55,772 nt of DNA from Elusimicrobiota bacterium (GTDB lineage: Bacteria; Elusimicrobiota; Elusimicrobia; FEN-1173), in assembly GCA_022703335.1 (NCBI GenBank), contig JAKLDV010000002.1, positions 1 through 55,772 on the forward strand, given 5' to 3'. Below, one piece after another: positions 1-6,869 of this stretch; position 1 is the first letter of the stretch; each line of letters begins with the position of its first letter. The translations under genes were made by a program, and so were the position numbers. Below the pieces are notes generated by a model, which made no database searches, was not told where the DNA came from, and was given only the letters and a program-made list of their open reading frames with translations.

Positions 1-140
1 GAGTTTTTTAACTCATCAGCAAGTTTTGGGCATCTCATCCAGCCAGAAGCGGTAATCCTTACTTTTGACGGTATAAAATAAGGGTCATTCCAGTAGCACT
101 TTACCCACAACAGTTCGTCATCCCATCTAATCTCAGGCAT
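1..140 (-). CDS. Hypothetical protein, N-terminal fragment running off the left edge of the window (MPEIRWDDELLWVKCYWNDPYF...)
   Basis: ATG at 140-138 on the minus strand with an open frame to position 1. Lies in the low-G+C element. No recognisable motif. Confidence 0.3.
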   Translation of the reverse strand, partial: MPEIRWDDELLWVKCYWNDPYFIPSKVRITASGWMRCPKLADELKN

Positions 141-301
141 TACTTGCACTCCCAGCAAAATGTCCATTAGAGTCGGCAGTTATTTGGGTCCAATGGATAC
201 CAGACACGCCCAGCCTGCCATAAACTATGACCAGATTAACAAATCGTGGAGTGGTTTGTTAATAAAAACTGACGATTCGTCGTCGAAAAGAGAGGGAATA
301 T

Positions 302-1069
302 ATGAACACGACAAAGATTGAATGGGCGGAGAAGTCGGTCAACATATTGACCGGTTGCACGCCCATCAGTACAGGGTGCCGCAGATGTTATGCGGCTGGG
401 TTCGGCAGGCGATTAAAGGCGGAGTATCTGAAGAGAGCGCCAATAGTCGATACGCCGCAGAATAGGGCCAATCCGTTTGCCTTAAGGTATTGGCCTGAGA
501 AGTTCGCAGAGATAGCGGCCCGAAAGAAGCCAGCTCGTATATTCATGGATTCAATGAGCGATTGGTTCCATCAGGATGTTCCTGGAGATATCCTTCGAAA
601 CTTGTTCACATTCATGGTGCGAGTAAGCCGTCACACTTACATGATCCTGACCAAAAGACCAGACCGAATGTATGGTTATGTTCTAGCTAACAGGGGTCTG
701 TTCCCTGATGGTGTTGTCCCTGGGCATATATGGTTGGGGACTACTGTTGAACATCAGTCAGTTATTGGACGGGTGGATGTTCTTCGCGAAATCCCCGCCA
801 AGGTGCAGTTCGTTTCCTGTGAGCCGCTTCTGGGGCCGCTTGAACTCGACATGAGGGGCTTGTCATGGATTATTGTCGGAGGAGAGAGAGCGCTTGGAGC
901 GCGTCCCATGGACATCAACTGGGCTCGTAGCCTTCGGGATCAGGCAGTCAGAGAAGGGATTCCCTTCTTCTTCAAAAAACATAGCGGCTGTGGGGAGAAA
1001 GAAGGTCAAGACCAGTTGGATGGTTGTCAATGGCATCAGTTCCCGACGGTAAACGGGAGGGTCATATGA
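302..1069 (+). CDS. Phage Gp37/Gp68 family protein (DUF5131, three-Cys motif)
   Basis: N-terminus 'KIEWAEKSVNILTGCTPISTGCRRCYA', then 'IFMDSMSDWFHQDVP', 'LTKRPDRM', 'VSCEPLLGPL', 'IIVGGE...GARPM' and 'IPFFFKK'. These are the typical DUF5131 blocks. Confidence 0.85.
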   Translation: MNTTKIEWAEKSVNILTGCTPISTGCRRCYAAGFGRRLKAEYLKRAPIVDTPQNRANPFALRYWPEKFAEIAARKKPARIFMDSMSDWFHQDVPGDILRNLFTFMVRVSRHTYMILTKRPDRMYGYVLANRGLFPDGVVPGHIWLGTTVEHQSVIGRVDVLREIPAKVQFVSCEPLLGPLELDMRGLSWIIVGGERALGARPMDINWARSLRDQAVREGIPFFFKKHSGCGEKEGQDQLDGCQWHQFPTVNGRVI

Positions 1070-1356
1070 GTTCCCATCGCAAGGAGAAACGTCAATGTGC
1101 TTGGCAACTGTGTCACAGGGAGTTTAAGGCGCGTGCGTCTGACATTCGGCGGGGAAAGGGGCGATATTGCTCATGGTCATGTCGCAGTAAGGCAAGATGG
1201 GCAACGAGATTACTCGCGCCCGGAAACTCACACCCAAAAGTTGCGAAAGAATACCACAGGGGTGAGGGGCTTAGGCTTGCCAAGCTGTTACTCGCGCCCC
1301 TTGGCGATCGCAAGAAAAAGTCGTTCAGAACCGGAGGACACTGCCATGGACACTGA
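1066..1356 (+). CDS. Small basic zinc-ribbon-like protein (hypothetical)
   Basis: ATG at 1066 overlaps the upstream stop (ATGA). Cys pairs 'CAWQLC' and 'CSWSC' flank 'RRGKGRYCSWSCRS'. The 3' end overlaps the prim-pol start by 11 nt. Confidence 0.45.
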   Translation: MSSHRKEKRQCAWQLCHREFKARASDIRRGKGRYCSWSCRSKARWATRLLAPGNSHPKVAKEYHRGEGLRLAKLLLAPLGDRKKKSFRTGGHCHGH

Positions 1357-2215
1357 AATCAAGAAATGGGTTGAGCAGTATCACAGGCAACTTGGCTGGA
1401 ATCTTCACCCGGCCATCGGGAAGAAACCTGTCGGTCGCTGGAAGCGGAGTCAACTCGAAAGGCCGCAGTGGGGTGAAGTATCCCAGATGTTCGACCGTGT
1501 GCCGGGGGCGAACATTGCACTCGTGCTGGGGCCGACATCAGGCGGACTCATGGCCATTGACCCCGATAGGCCACAAGCGGAGGAGTATCTTCAGGCACGA
1601 GGGTTGCCTCCAACGGTGTCGTTTCGGTCCACGCGGGGCATCAAACGGCTCTACCGACTTCGCCCAGAGCATTATGATCTGGCCCATACGAGGACGCCTA
1701 TCAGCAAACTGGAGTTCCGTTGGAACGTGGTGGTGATCATTCCGCCCTCAATACGTCCCGAGGACAAGACGCTCTACGAATGGCTCCCCGGTATGAGCCC
1801 ATTCGAGATGGAGATTGCCTTCGCCCCTGAGTGGGTGGTGGAAATCATGACCACAGGGCCGAGGCCACCCGGTCCCGCGCACAGAGAAAGGCCGCACACA
1901 CTAGTGGTGCATACCGGAGTCGGCAACAGGACGATCCAAACATTGCTCAAAGGCGTTGTCGACGGTGAAAGACATGCTGCGGCGACGAGGATTGCGGGCT
2001 ACTTTGCACGGAAGGATGTCCACGCGGAGATCATCTGGGAAATCCTCTGTCTGTGGGACAGGGAAAACCGTCCGCCAATGTTCGACAACCTCGAACGCAT
2101 CAAAGAGGTCAGGTCCATTGTGGACTACATGACGCACCTTGAGGCCATGAAACGGCAACAATACCTGCGGCATCGGGCTACTGATGAGGAGGGGTATAAG
2201 GGGGTTCCAACATAA
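1346..2215 (+). CDS. Bifunctional DNA primase/polymerase (prim-pol N-terminal domain plus PriCT-like C-terminal domain)
   Basis: 'GWNLHPAIGKKPVGRWKRSQ' and 'ANIALVLGPTSGGLMAIDPD' match prim-pol N-terminal motifs. The C-terminal 'GERHAAATRIAGYFARKDV...IIWEILCLWDREN' is PriCT-like. Start chosen at the in-frame ATG 1346 (MDTEIKKW) rather than the track start at 1097. Confidence 0.8.
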   Translation: MDTEIKKWVEQYHRQLGWNLHPAIGKKPVGRWKRSQLERPQWGEVSQMFDRVPGANIALVLGPTSGGLMAIDPDRPQAEEYLQARGLPPTVSFRSTRGIKRLYRLRPEHYDLAHTRTPISKLEFRWNVVVIIPPSIRPEDKTLYEWLPGMSPFEMEIAFAPEWVVEIMTTGPRPPGPAHRERPHTLVVHTGVGNRTIQTLLKGVVDGERHAAATRIAGYFARKDVHAEIIWEILCLWDRENRPPMFDNLERIKEVRSIVDYMTHLEAMKRQQYLRHRATDEEGYKGVPT

Positions 2216-2305
2216 CGACAACTGCATTATCCCCTTACGGGGGATGAAAGACACACTAAACAACACACGATAACTACACACTAAACGGCGTACAGATAGA
2301 CAAGA

Positions 2306-2322
2306 AGACTAATCATTAGTCT
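2306..2322. promoter_or_regulatory. Perfect 8+1+8 palindrome AGACTAAT-C-ATTAGTCT, a putative operator upstream of the 2352 gene
   Basis: Read directly from the sequence. Sits 30 nt upstream of the RBS (AAGGAGAAAG) and ATG of the PC4-like gene. Confidence 0.4.
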
Positions 2323-2351
2323 ATAGATACTACAAGGAAAAGGAGAAAGTC

Positions 2352-2618
2352 ATGGCGTTTGACATTACTGATGTGCTGGGAGAAATCCCAAAGAACTCAA
2401 AGGAAAAGATCGTGTTCCGTCGAATCGAGAGGGAAGGCGTACGATTCATGGATATACGAGTCTTCTGGCTCACTGAAACAGGTGAATGGAAGTGGTCAAA
2501 GAAAGGCGTGGATATCCCTTGGGCGGCGTATTGGGACATGATGAGGATTCTTCATCGTGGACTCAGGCCCGAGGACTTGCCGCCTGTAAAGGAGACACAG
2601 CCCGATGATCCGTTTTAG
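2352..2618 (+). CDS. PC4/p15-like ssDNA-binding protein (phage-type)
   Basis: 'IVFRRIEREGVRFMDIRVFWLTETGEWKWSKKGVDIPWAAYWDMM' follows the PC4 pattern (xIDIRxyW..xGexkPxkKGIsL...w). Strong RBS upstream. Confidence 0.55.
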   Translation: MAFDITDVLGEIPKNSKEKIVFRRIEREGVRFMDIRVFWLTETGEWKWSKKGVDIPWAAYWDMMRILHRGLRPEDLPPVKETQPDDPF

Positions 2619-2793
2619 ACGGAAGAGTCGAGCGATGAAGGCGGTCTGGGCACGGATGAGTCCCGCTGAACAGGCGGCCAGGAAAGCCAAGATGGCTGAG
2701 GCGCGTAGGCAAGCCAAGTTTCAAAGGGGATCGGCATTGCAAATCTGCGTTTCTAGCCCGGGTGGTGTACCCCAAAGCGCCCGTGCCCCCTAA
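2605..2793 (+). CDS. Small basic hypothetical protein
   Basis: ORF of 62 aa overlapping the upstream gene by 14 nt. Lys/Arg/Ala-rich with no motif. Confidence 0.3.
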   Translation: MIRFRRKSRAMKAVWARMSPAEQAARKAKMAEARRQAKFQRGSALQICVSSPGGVPQSARAP

Positions 2794-2829
2794 CCTCGCG
2801 GGATCGCATTATTACAAGAGCAAACTAGT

Positions 2830-2990
2830 AAGGCATGGTTCGGTAATGCGTGGTGTGGCAGGTTGAGGTATGGCGCGGTAAAGCATGGAGAGGCAAGGCA
2901 CAGTCTAGGCGAAGTATGGCGCGGTGTGGCAAGGCGTAGCATGGCAACGGCAGCAGCAAGGCACGGCGAGGTATGGCGTGGCACCATCAC
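2830..2990. repeat. Iteron-like degenerate direct repeats (GTATGGCG[C/T]GG x3, GCATGG x3, GCAAGGC x3)
   Basis: GTATGGCGCGGT starts at 2868 and 2914, and GTATGGCGTGGC at 2971, giving spacings of 46 and 57 nt. These are interleaved with AAGCATGG/AGGCATGG/TAGCATGG and GGCAAGGCA/GGCAAGGCG/GCAAGGCA. Confidence 0.5.
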
Positions 2991-3127
2991 GGCCAATACC
3001 AGAGTAGCAAACGTTAATCCGATTCCCCTGGTTGGACACAAGGCCGAGGTGGAAGAAAGAGCAACTCATCTTCCGATGAGGTTTGTGATCAACTGGGGAT
3101 CGGGTTAATGAAGTAAAGGGGATTAAG

Positions 3128-3388
3128 ATGGACAATCAAAATGGATCGGGATATCATACTTCTGAGGAGATGCCGATGGCATCTTTGCAGAAACGGTTGT
3201 TGTCTGTGAAGGAAGCCGCAAAATATCTCAGTATACAGCCGAATACCCTATATCACTGGATTTGCCGTCGAGAAATCCCATTCGTGAAGGTTGGGAAGAA
3301 AGTGGTGCGGCTTGATATCCGACAGCTTGACCGTTGGATAAACAAGCAGACCGTCAAAACTATTAAGGGGGTACAAACCAATGTATAA
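3128..3388 (+). CDS. xis: Excisionase / AlpA-MerR-type helix-turn-helix DNA-binding protein
   Basis: 'LLSVKEAAKYLSIQPNTLYHWICRREIPFVKVGKKVVRLDIRQLDRWI' is the classic excisionase-family HTH. Overlaps the integrase start by 8 nt. The true start may be an internal Met. Confidence 0.75.
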   Translation: MDNQNGSGYHTSEEMPMASLQKRLLSVKEAAKYLSIQPNTLYHWICRREIPFVKVGKKVVRLDIRQLDRWINKQTVKTIKGVQTNV

Positions 3389-4574
3389 GAGAAATGGCAT
3401 TTGGTGGTTCACCTGCATTGAGAGAGGGAAGCGGTATTACCGTAGTACAGGGCAGCGATCTCGACGACTTGCCGACCAGTTTGAGAAGGCTTTCTATGAA
3501 AAGAAAGGATTGTCCCGGACAAAGTTGTCACAAGGTAACCAGGAAGTCGAGACAATACCTTCAAAAGCAAAGGTGACTGTTTCGGAAGTGTTGCAACGTT
3601 ATTGGACGCTTCATCTCGACGGAAATAAGAAACCGTCTGCTGAAAGAGCTAAGTTCGCTTTCGAAAGAATGGTCAAATATTTTGGGCCTCGGACAAGTAT
3701 CAGCGATATTCGTTTTCGTATCGACGAATATAAGGCTGATCGTCGGCAGACGGTGAAGCCGTCATCTGTTAAGCGGGAACTGTCTTTCCTTAAGGCGGCC
3801 TGCGTCAAGGCGAAAGAGTGGGGAATTCTCGACAAGAATCCCCTAGATGGCTATAAGCTCGACAAAGTTAACGATTCACGGCTACGCTATCTTGAAGATG
3901 AAGAGTTTCACTGTCTACTAGAATCGGCGGATGAGAACCTTGTTCCGATATTATTGATGGCGCGTCATCAGGGAATGCGTCAAGGTGAGATTCGACATCT
4001 TAAGTGGGAAGATGTCGACATGAGACGAGGAATCATCCACATCCCGATATCGAAATCTGGTGAACGACGAGATATCCCGATGACTGAAGTGATTGGCAGG
4101 ATGCTCATGCGCATTCCCGTCAAAGAGAGAGAAGGCCTTGTCTTCAAGTATGATGGCAAAGAAATAAAACGTCAGGGATGGCTGATGCATTCGTTCAGGC
4201 GAGCTGTCAGGAAGGCTGGCATCAAAGACTTCCGGTTCCATGATCTACGCCACACGTTTGCCTCACATGCCGTGATGAACGGTGGAGGGCTTGCCGCTGT
4301 TGGAGCTCTTCTTGGTCATAAGTCAATGAAGATGACCCAACGTTACGCTCATCTCGCGCCGAGATATCTCCGGGCAACGATCAGTCGGGCTGTCCCCAAA
4401 ATATTCCGAGTGCCGACAAAGCTCCGCGACAATTCTGCGACATCGACCTCTCAGATACCCTCTGTATTGGAGGCCTATAAAACAAGAAACGCCTCTAAAA
4501 ATAGAGGCGTTTCAAAGTGGTGTCCCCAAGGGGATTTGAACCCCTGCTACGGCCTTGAAAGGGCCGTGACCTAA
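3381..4574 (+). CDS. int: Tyrosine-type site-specific recombinase/integrase
   Basis: C-terminal catalytic region 'ARHQGMRQGEIRHLKWEDV', 'HDLRHTFASHAV' and 'LLGHKSMKMTQRYAHL' supplies the R..HxxR..Y residues. The last 57 nt overlap tRNA-Glu on the opposite strand. Confidence 0.9.
   Translation: MYKRNGIWWFTCIERGKRYYRSTGQRSRRLADQFEKAFYEKKGLSRTKLSQGNQEVETIPSKAKVTVSEVLQRYWTLHLDGNKKPSAERAKFAFERMVKYFGPRTSISDIRFRIDEYKADRRQTVKPSSVKRELSFLKAACVKAKEWGILDKNPLDGYKLDKVNDSRLRYLEDEEFHCLLESADENLVPILLMARHQGMRQGEIRHLKWEDVDMRRGIIHIPISKSGERRDIPMTEVIGRMLMRIPVKEREGLVFKYDGKEIKRQGWLMHSFRRAVRKAGIKDFRFHDLRHTFASHAVMNGGGLAAVGALLGHKSMKMTQRYAHLAPRYLRATISRAVPKIFRVPTKLRDNSATSTSQIPSVLEAYKTRNASKNRGVSKWCPQGDLNPCYGLERAVT
4486..4513 (-). 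terminator. Rho-independent terminator immediately downstream of tRNA-Glu
   Basis: 11-bp perfect stem GAAACGCCTCT / AGAGGCGTTTC with a 6-nt loop. On the minus strand it is followed by UUGUUUUAU. Lies inside the integrase ORF. Confidence 0.5.
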
Positions 4575-4592
4575 CCGCTAGTCGATGGGGAC
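4518..4592 (-). tRNA. tRNA-Glu (anticodon UUC), CCA encoded
   Basis: Hand-folded cloverleaf: acceptor GTCCCCA/TGGGGAC, anticodon stem CGGCC/GGCCG with loop CTTTCAA, T-arm AGGGG-TTCAAAT-CCCCT, discriminator A, then CCA. Confidence 0.9.
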
Positions 4593-4767
4593 TCTGTCGC
4601 ACCCCTCGTCGGGGACTCGGGGCCGGAAGGCCGATGCCGCCGGCAAAATAGCCGGAGAGGTGTTCATCGGTGCTCCCGAAGGGAAACCCAGGTTTCCCAT
4701 TCATCCGCGCTCGTCTTTCGCACCGAATGTGCGACGACTCGCTGAACCTTTCCCGGGAGGAATTTAT

Positions 4768-4855
4768 AAATAGTTGGGTCCGGAGCCCCACTCCCCCGTG
4801 GGGCTGCCACGGCGTGGCACCCCCAATCCGTTGTTTCAAATAGTTGGGTCCGGAG
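4768..4855. repeat. 18-bp perfect direct repeat AAATAGTTGGGTCCGGAG (4768-4785 and 4838-4855). The second copy spans the 3' junction of tRNA-Lys.
   Basis: Read directly. The repeats flank a 52-bp G+C-rich spacer containing the hairpin GCCCCAC-GGGGGA-GTGGGGC (written minus-sense). Confidence 0.6.
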
Positions 4856-4916
4856 GGATTTGAACCCTCGGCCCCTCGCTTAAAAGGCGAATGCTCTACC
4901 CCTGAGCTACGGACCC
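4845..4916 (-). tRNA. tRNA-Lys (anticodon UUU), CCA not encoded
   Basis: Hand-folded: GGGTCCG TA GCTC AGGGGTA GAGC A TTCGC CTTTTAA GCGAG GGGCC GAGGG TTCAAAT CCCTC CGGACCC A. Confidence 0.9.
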
Positions 4917-5114
4917 GTAATTTCTTTTTGTGACTTGGACCGTCCCTTTCCCGTTGGTGGTTGGGACGGACCCGGCATGTTGTTTTGTTGCCGGGGATCG
5001 TTTATGACAAGGACGATCCCAAAATCAAAGAACAAATCGGTTCGGAAGCGGGATTTGAACGCGTCGGCCTCCCCGGCCTTCGTGGAGAGGAGGCCCGCTT
5101 CGCTCCATGAACGG

Positions 5115-5190
5115 TGGGCCCGGCGCGCCGTCGATCCACCGCGGTCCCCTCGCTTAAAAGGCGAAGGCTCTCCCCCTGAACGAGGGGCCC
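5115..5190 (-). pseudogene. tRNA-Lys(UUU)-like sequence with intact acceptor, D and anticodon arms but a non-canonical T-arm. Probably a tRNA pseudogene or tRNA-like relic.
   Basis: The plus-strand 20-mer CCCCTCGCTTAAAAGGCGAA is identical to the tRNA-Lys anticodon arm. Acceptor GGGCCC pairs with GGGCCC 70 nt away. The T-arm region gives only a 4-bp CGCG stem with a 12-nt loop. Confidence 0.4.
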
Positions 5191-5357
5191 GCAAAACGAC
5201 AGAACGAATACAGAATTTCAAAAAACGGAAATGCATTATAGCAGTTTTCTTTAAAGAAACATGCGCCGGTCTTGCGCGGAAAGACTGCGGTGCGCCCCTC
5301 GGAGAAAGCGTGCCGGAGGGGAAAAATTTTGCTACGATAACCCCCTTGTTTCGCGGT

Positions 5358-5927
5358 ATGAAAAACGACGCCCGTTCATCGGAAAATCCCCTCCGCCGAC
5401 GATTCGGCCTTGTGACGGTGGAGGTGCGGGAGGCGGACATTTCCCGTCTGGCGGTGGAGGCGGTGGTGAACGCCGCCAACAACGTTTTTTGGATGGGCGG
5501 CGGCGTGGCGGGCGCGTTGAAACGCGCCGGCGGCGCGCGTATTGAAAAAGAGGCCATGGCCCTGGGGCCCCGGCCGGTGGGCGAGGTGGTGGTGACCGGC
5601 GCCGGGACTCTTCCGGCCAAACACGTGATCCACGCCGCGGTGATGGGTCAGGATTTGCGCACCGACGCCTCGAGTATCGCCATGGCCACCCGCAACACCC
5701 TTCTCGCCGCGGAGAAACTGGGGGCGGTTTCGCTGGCGTTGCCCGCCTTCGGCACCGGGGTGGGGGGATTTCCGCTGGAGGAATGCGCGCGGGTCATGCT
5801 GGGGGCGGTGAGCGAGTTCGCGCCCGGCGCCCGGTCCGTAAGAACGATTGTTTTCGCGCTGTTCGGGCCGGAGGCCCGGGAGAGTTTCGAGAAAATTTTG
5901 GAGTCGTTGCCCGGCGACCCGGCCTGA
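5358..5927 (+). CDS. Macro-domain protein (ADP-ribose binding / O-acetyl-ADP-ribose deacetylase family)
   Basis: 'AVVNAANNVFWMGGGVAGALKRAGG', 'VVVTGAGTLPAKHVIHAAV' and 'LALPAFGTGVGGFP' are macro-domain signatures. Start set at ATG 5358, because the track ORF from 4935 runs across the tRNA relics. Confidence 0.8.
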   Translation: MKNDARSSENPLRRRFGLVTVEVREADISRLAVEAVVNAANNVFWMGGGVAGALKRAGGARIEKEAMALGPRPVGEVVVTGAGTLPAKHVIHAAVMGQDLRTDASSIAMATRNTLLAAEKLGAVSLALPAFGTGVGGFPLEECARVMLGAVSEFAPGARSVRTIVFALFGPEARESFEKILESLPGDPA

Positions 5928-5965
5928 ATGAGGATTTTTCGACGACATAAAGGAGACTTCTTCCC

Positions 5966-6847
5966 ATGGAAAAGACCAACAAGCTAAAGCTCGGCATGCC
6001 CAAAGGCAGCCTGCAGGAATCCACCATCGACCTCTTTAAGCGGGCCGGCATCCGCATCCACGCCGGCGATCGCTCCTATTTCCCGTCCAGCGACGACGGC
6101 GAGCTGGAGATCATGCTGGTCCGGTCGCAGGAGATGGCCACCTACGTGGAACAGGGTCTTTTTGACGCGGGCCTCACCGGGAGGGACTGGATCGTGGAAT
6201 CCGGCGCGTGGGTGAAGGAGGTCTGCGAGCTGACCTACGCCAAGTCGGGGTTCCGCCCGGTGCGCTGGGTTCTCTGCGTGCCCGAGGCGTCTCCCATCCG
6301 TTCCGTGAAGGAGCTGAAGGGCAAGCGCATCGCCACCGAAGTGGTGAACGTGGTGAAGAAATATCTGAAACGGAAGAAAGTCCGGGCGCAGGTGGAGTTC
6401 TCCTGGGGGGCCACCGAGGCCAAGGCCGGCATCCTGGTGGACGCCATCGCGGAACTCACCGAGACCGGTTCCAGCCTGCGGGCCAACAAGTTGCGCATCA
6501 TCGACGAGATCATGTCCTCCACCACGCGGTTCATCGCCAACCAGAAGGCCTGGCGGAACCCGTGGAAACGTCAGAAGATCGAGAACCTCGCCATCCTGCT
6601 GAAGGGCGCCTTGGCGGCCGAGGGCATGGTGGGGTTGAAGATGAACCTGAAAGAGGAGGACCTCGGCAAGATCGTGGAGCTCCTTCCGGCGTTGAAGAAC
6701 CCCACCATCTCGCGCCTGACGCTGCCCGGCTGGATCGCCATCGAGGTGATCATGGCCGAGAAGGACGTGAAACAGCGGCTCCCCGCGCTCAAGCGCGCCG
6801 GCGCCGAAGGCATCATCGAATATCCCCTGAACAAAGTCATCTATTGA
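5966..6847 (+). CDS. hisG: ATP phosphoribosyltransferase (long form)
   Basis: 'LKLGMPKGSLQESTIDLFKRAG', 'RSQEMATYVEQGLFDAGLTGRDW' and 'VDAIAELTETGSSLRAN', plus a C-terminal regulatory domain. Confidence 0.9.
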   Translation: MEKTNKLKLGMPKGSLQESTIDLFKRAGIRIHAGDRSYFPSSDDGELEIMLVRSQEMATYVEQGLFDAGLTGRDWIVESGAWVKEVCELTYAKSGFRPVRWVLCVPEASPIRSVKELKGKRIATEVVNVVKKYLKRKKVRAQVEFSWGATEAKAGILVDAIAELTETGSSLRANKLRIIDEIMSSTTRFIANQKAWRNPWKRQKIENLAILLKGALAAEGMVGLKMNLKEEDLGKIVELLPALKNPTISRLTLPGWIAIEVIMAEKDVKQRLPALKRAGAEGIIEYPLNKVIY

Positions 6848-6869
6848 CCTTCTCCGAACGGAATCTCGC

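Larger units (their letters stand above)
1..4592. mobile_element. Right end of an integrative element (prophage-like or integrative island) inserted at the 3' end of tRNA-Glu. The left boundary lies outside the window.
   Basis: Visibly lower G+C than the rest of the window. Phage-type gene set on one strand (DUF5131, prim-pol, PC4-like, Xis, Int). The integrase is the terminal gene and its ORF ends inside tRNA-Glu. Confidence 0.7.

Noticed and set aside
2830-2990. Possible CRISPR array
   Set aside because: The repeats are only about 12 nt, degenerate, irregularly spaced and lack unique spacers of uniform length. No cas genes are nearby. No other CRISPR-like periodicity was seen anywhere in the window.
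2790-3108. ORFs 2790-3041 (minus) and 2863-3108 (plus) across the repeat field
   Set aside because: The two are mutually antisense, and their internally repetitive peptide sequences simply mirror the DNA repeats. No RBS is evident, so the region was interpreted as non-coding iterons.
5041-5200. Considered tmRNA, tRNA-Sec or SRP RNA. Cues were the T-loop-like GTTCAAATCC, a GGTGGATCGACGG stretch reminiscent of the tmRNA 5' region, and an Ala-initiated mini-ORF on the plus strand.
   Set aside because: No tRNA-like 3' end with a proper T-stem and acceptor at tmRNA distance. No UCA anticodon loop closed by a stem. No GGAAGCAGC SRP motif. The candidate tag ORF is on the opposite strand to the tRNA-like parts. 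Kept only as degenerate tRNA relics.
4935-5357. N-terminal 141-aa extension of the macro-domain ORF
   Set aside because: It runs across the tRNA-like relics and an AT-rich promoter-like region. The macro domain begins right after the internal ATG at 5358.
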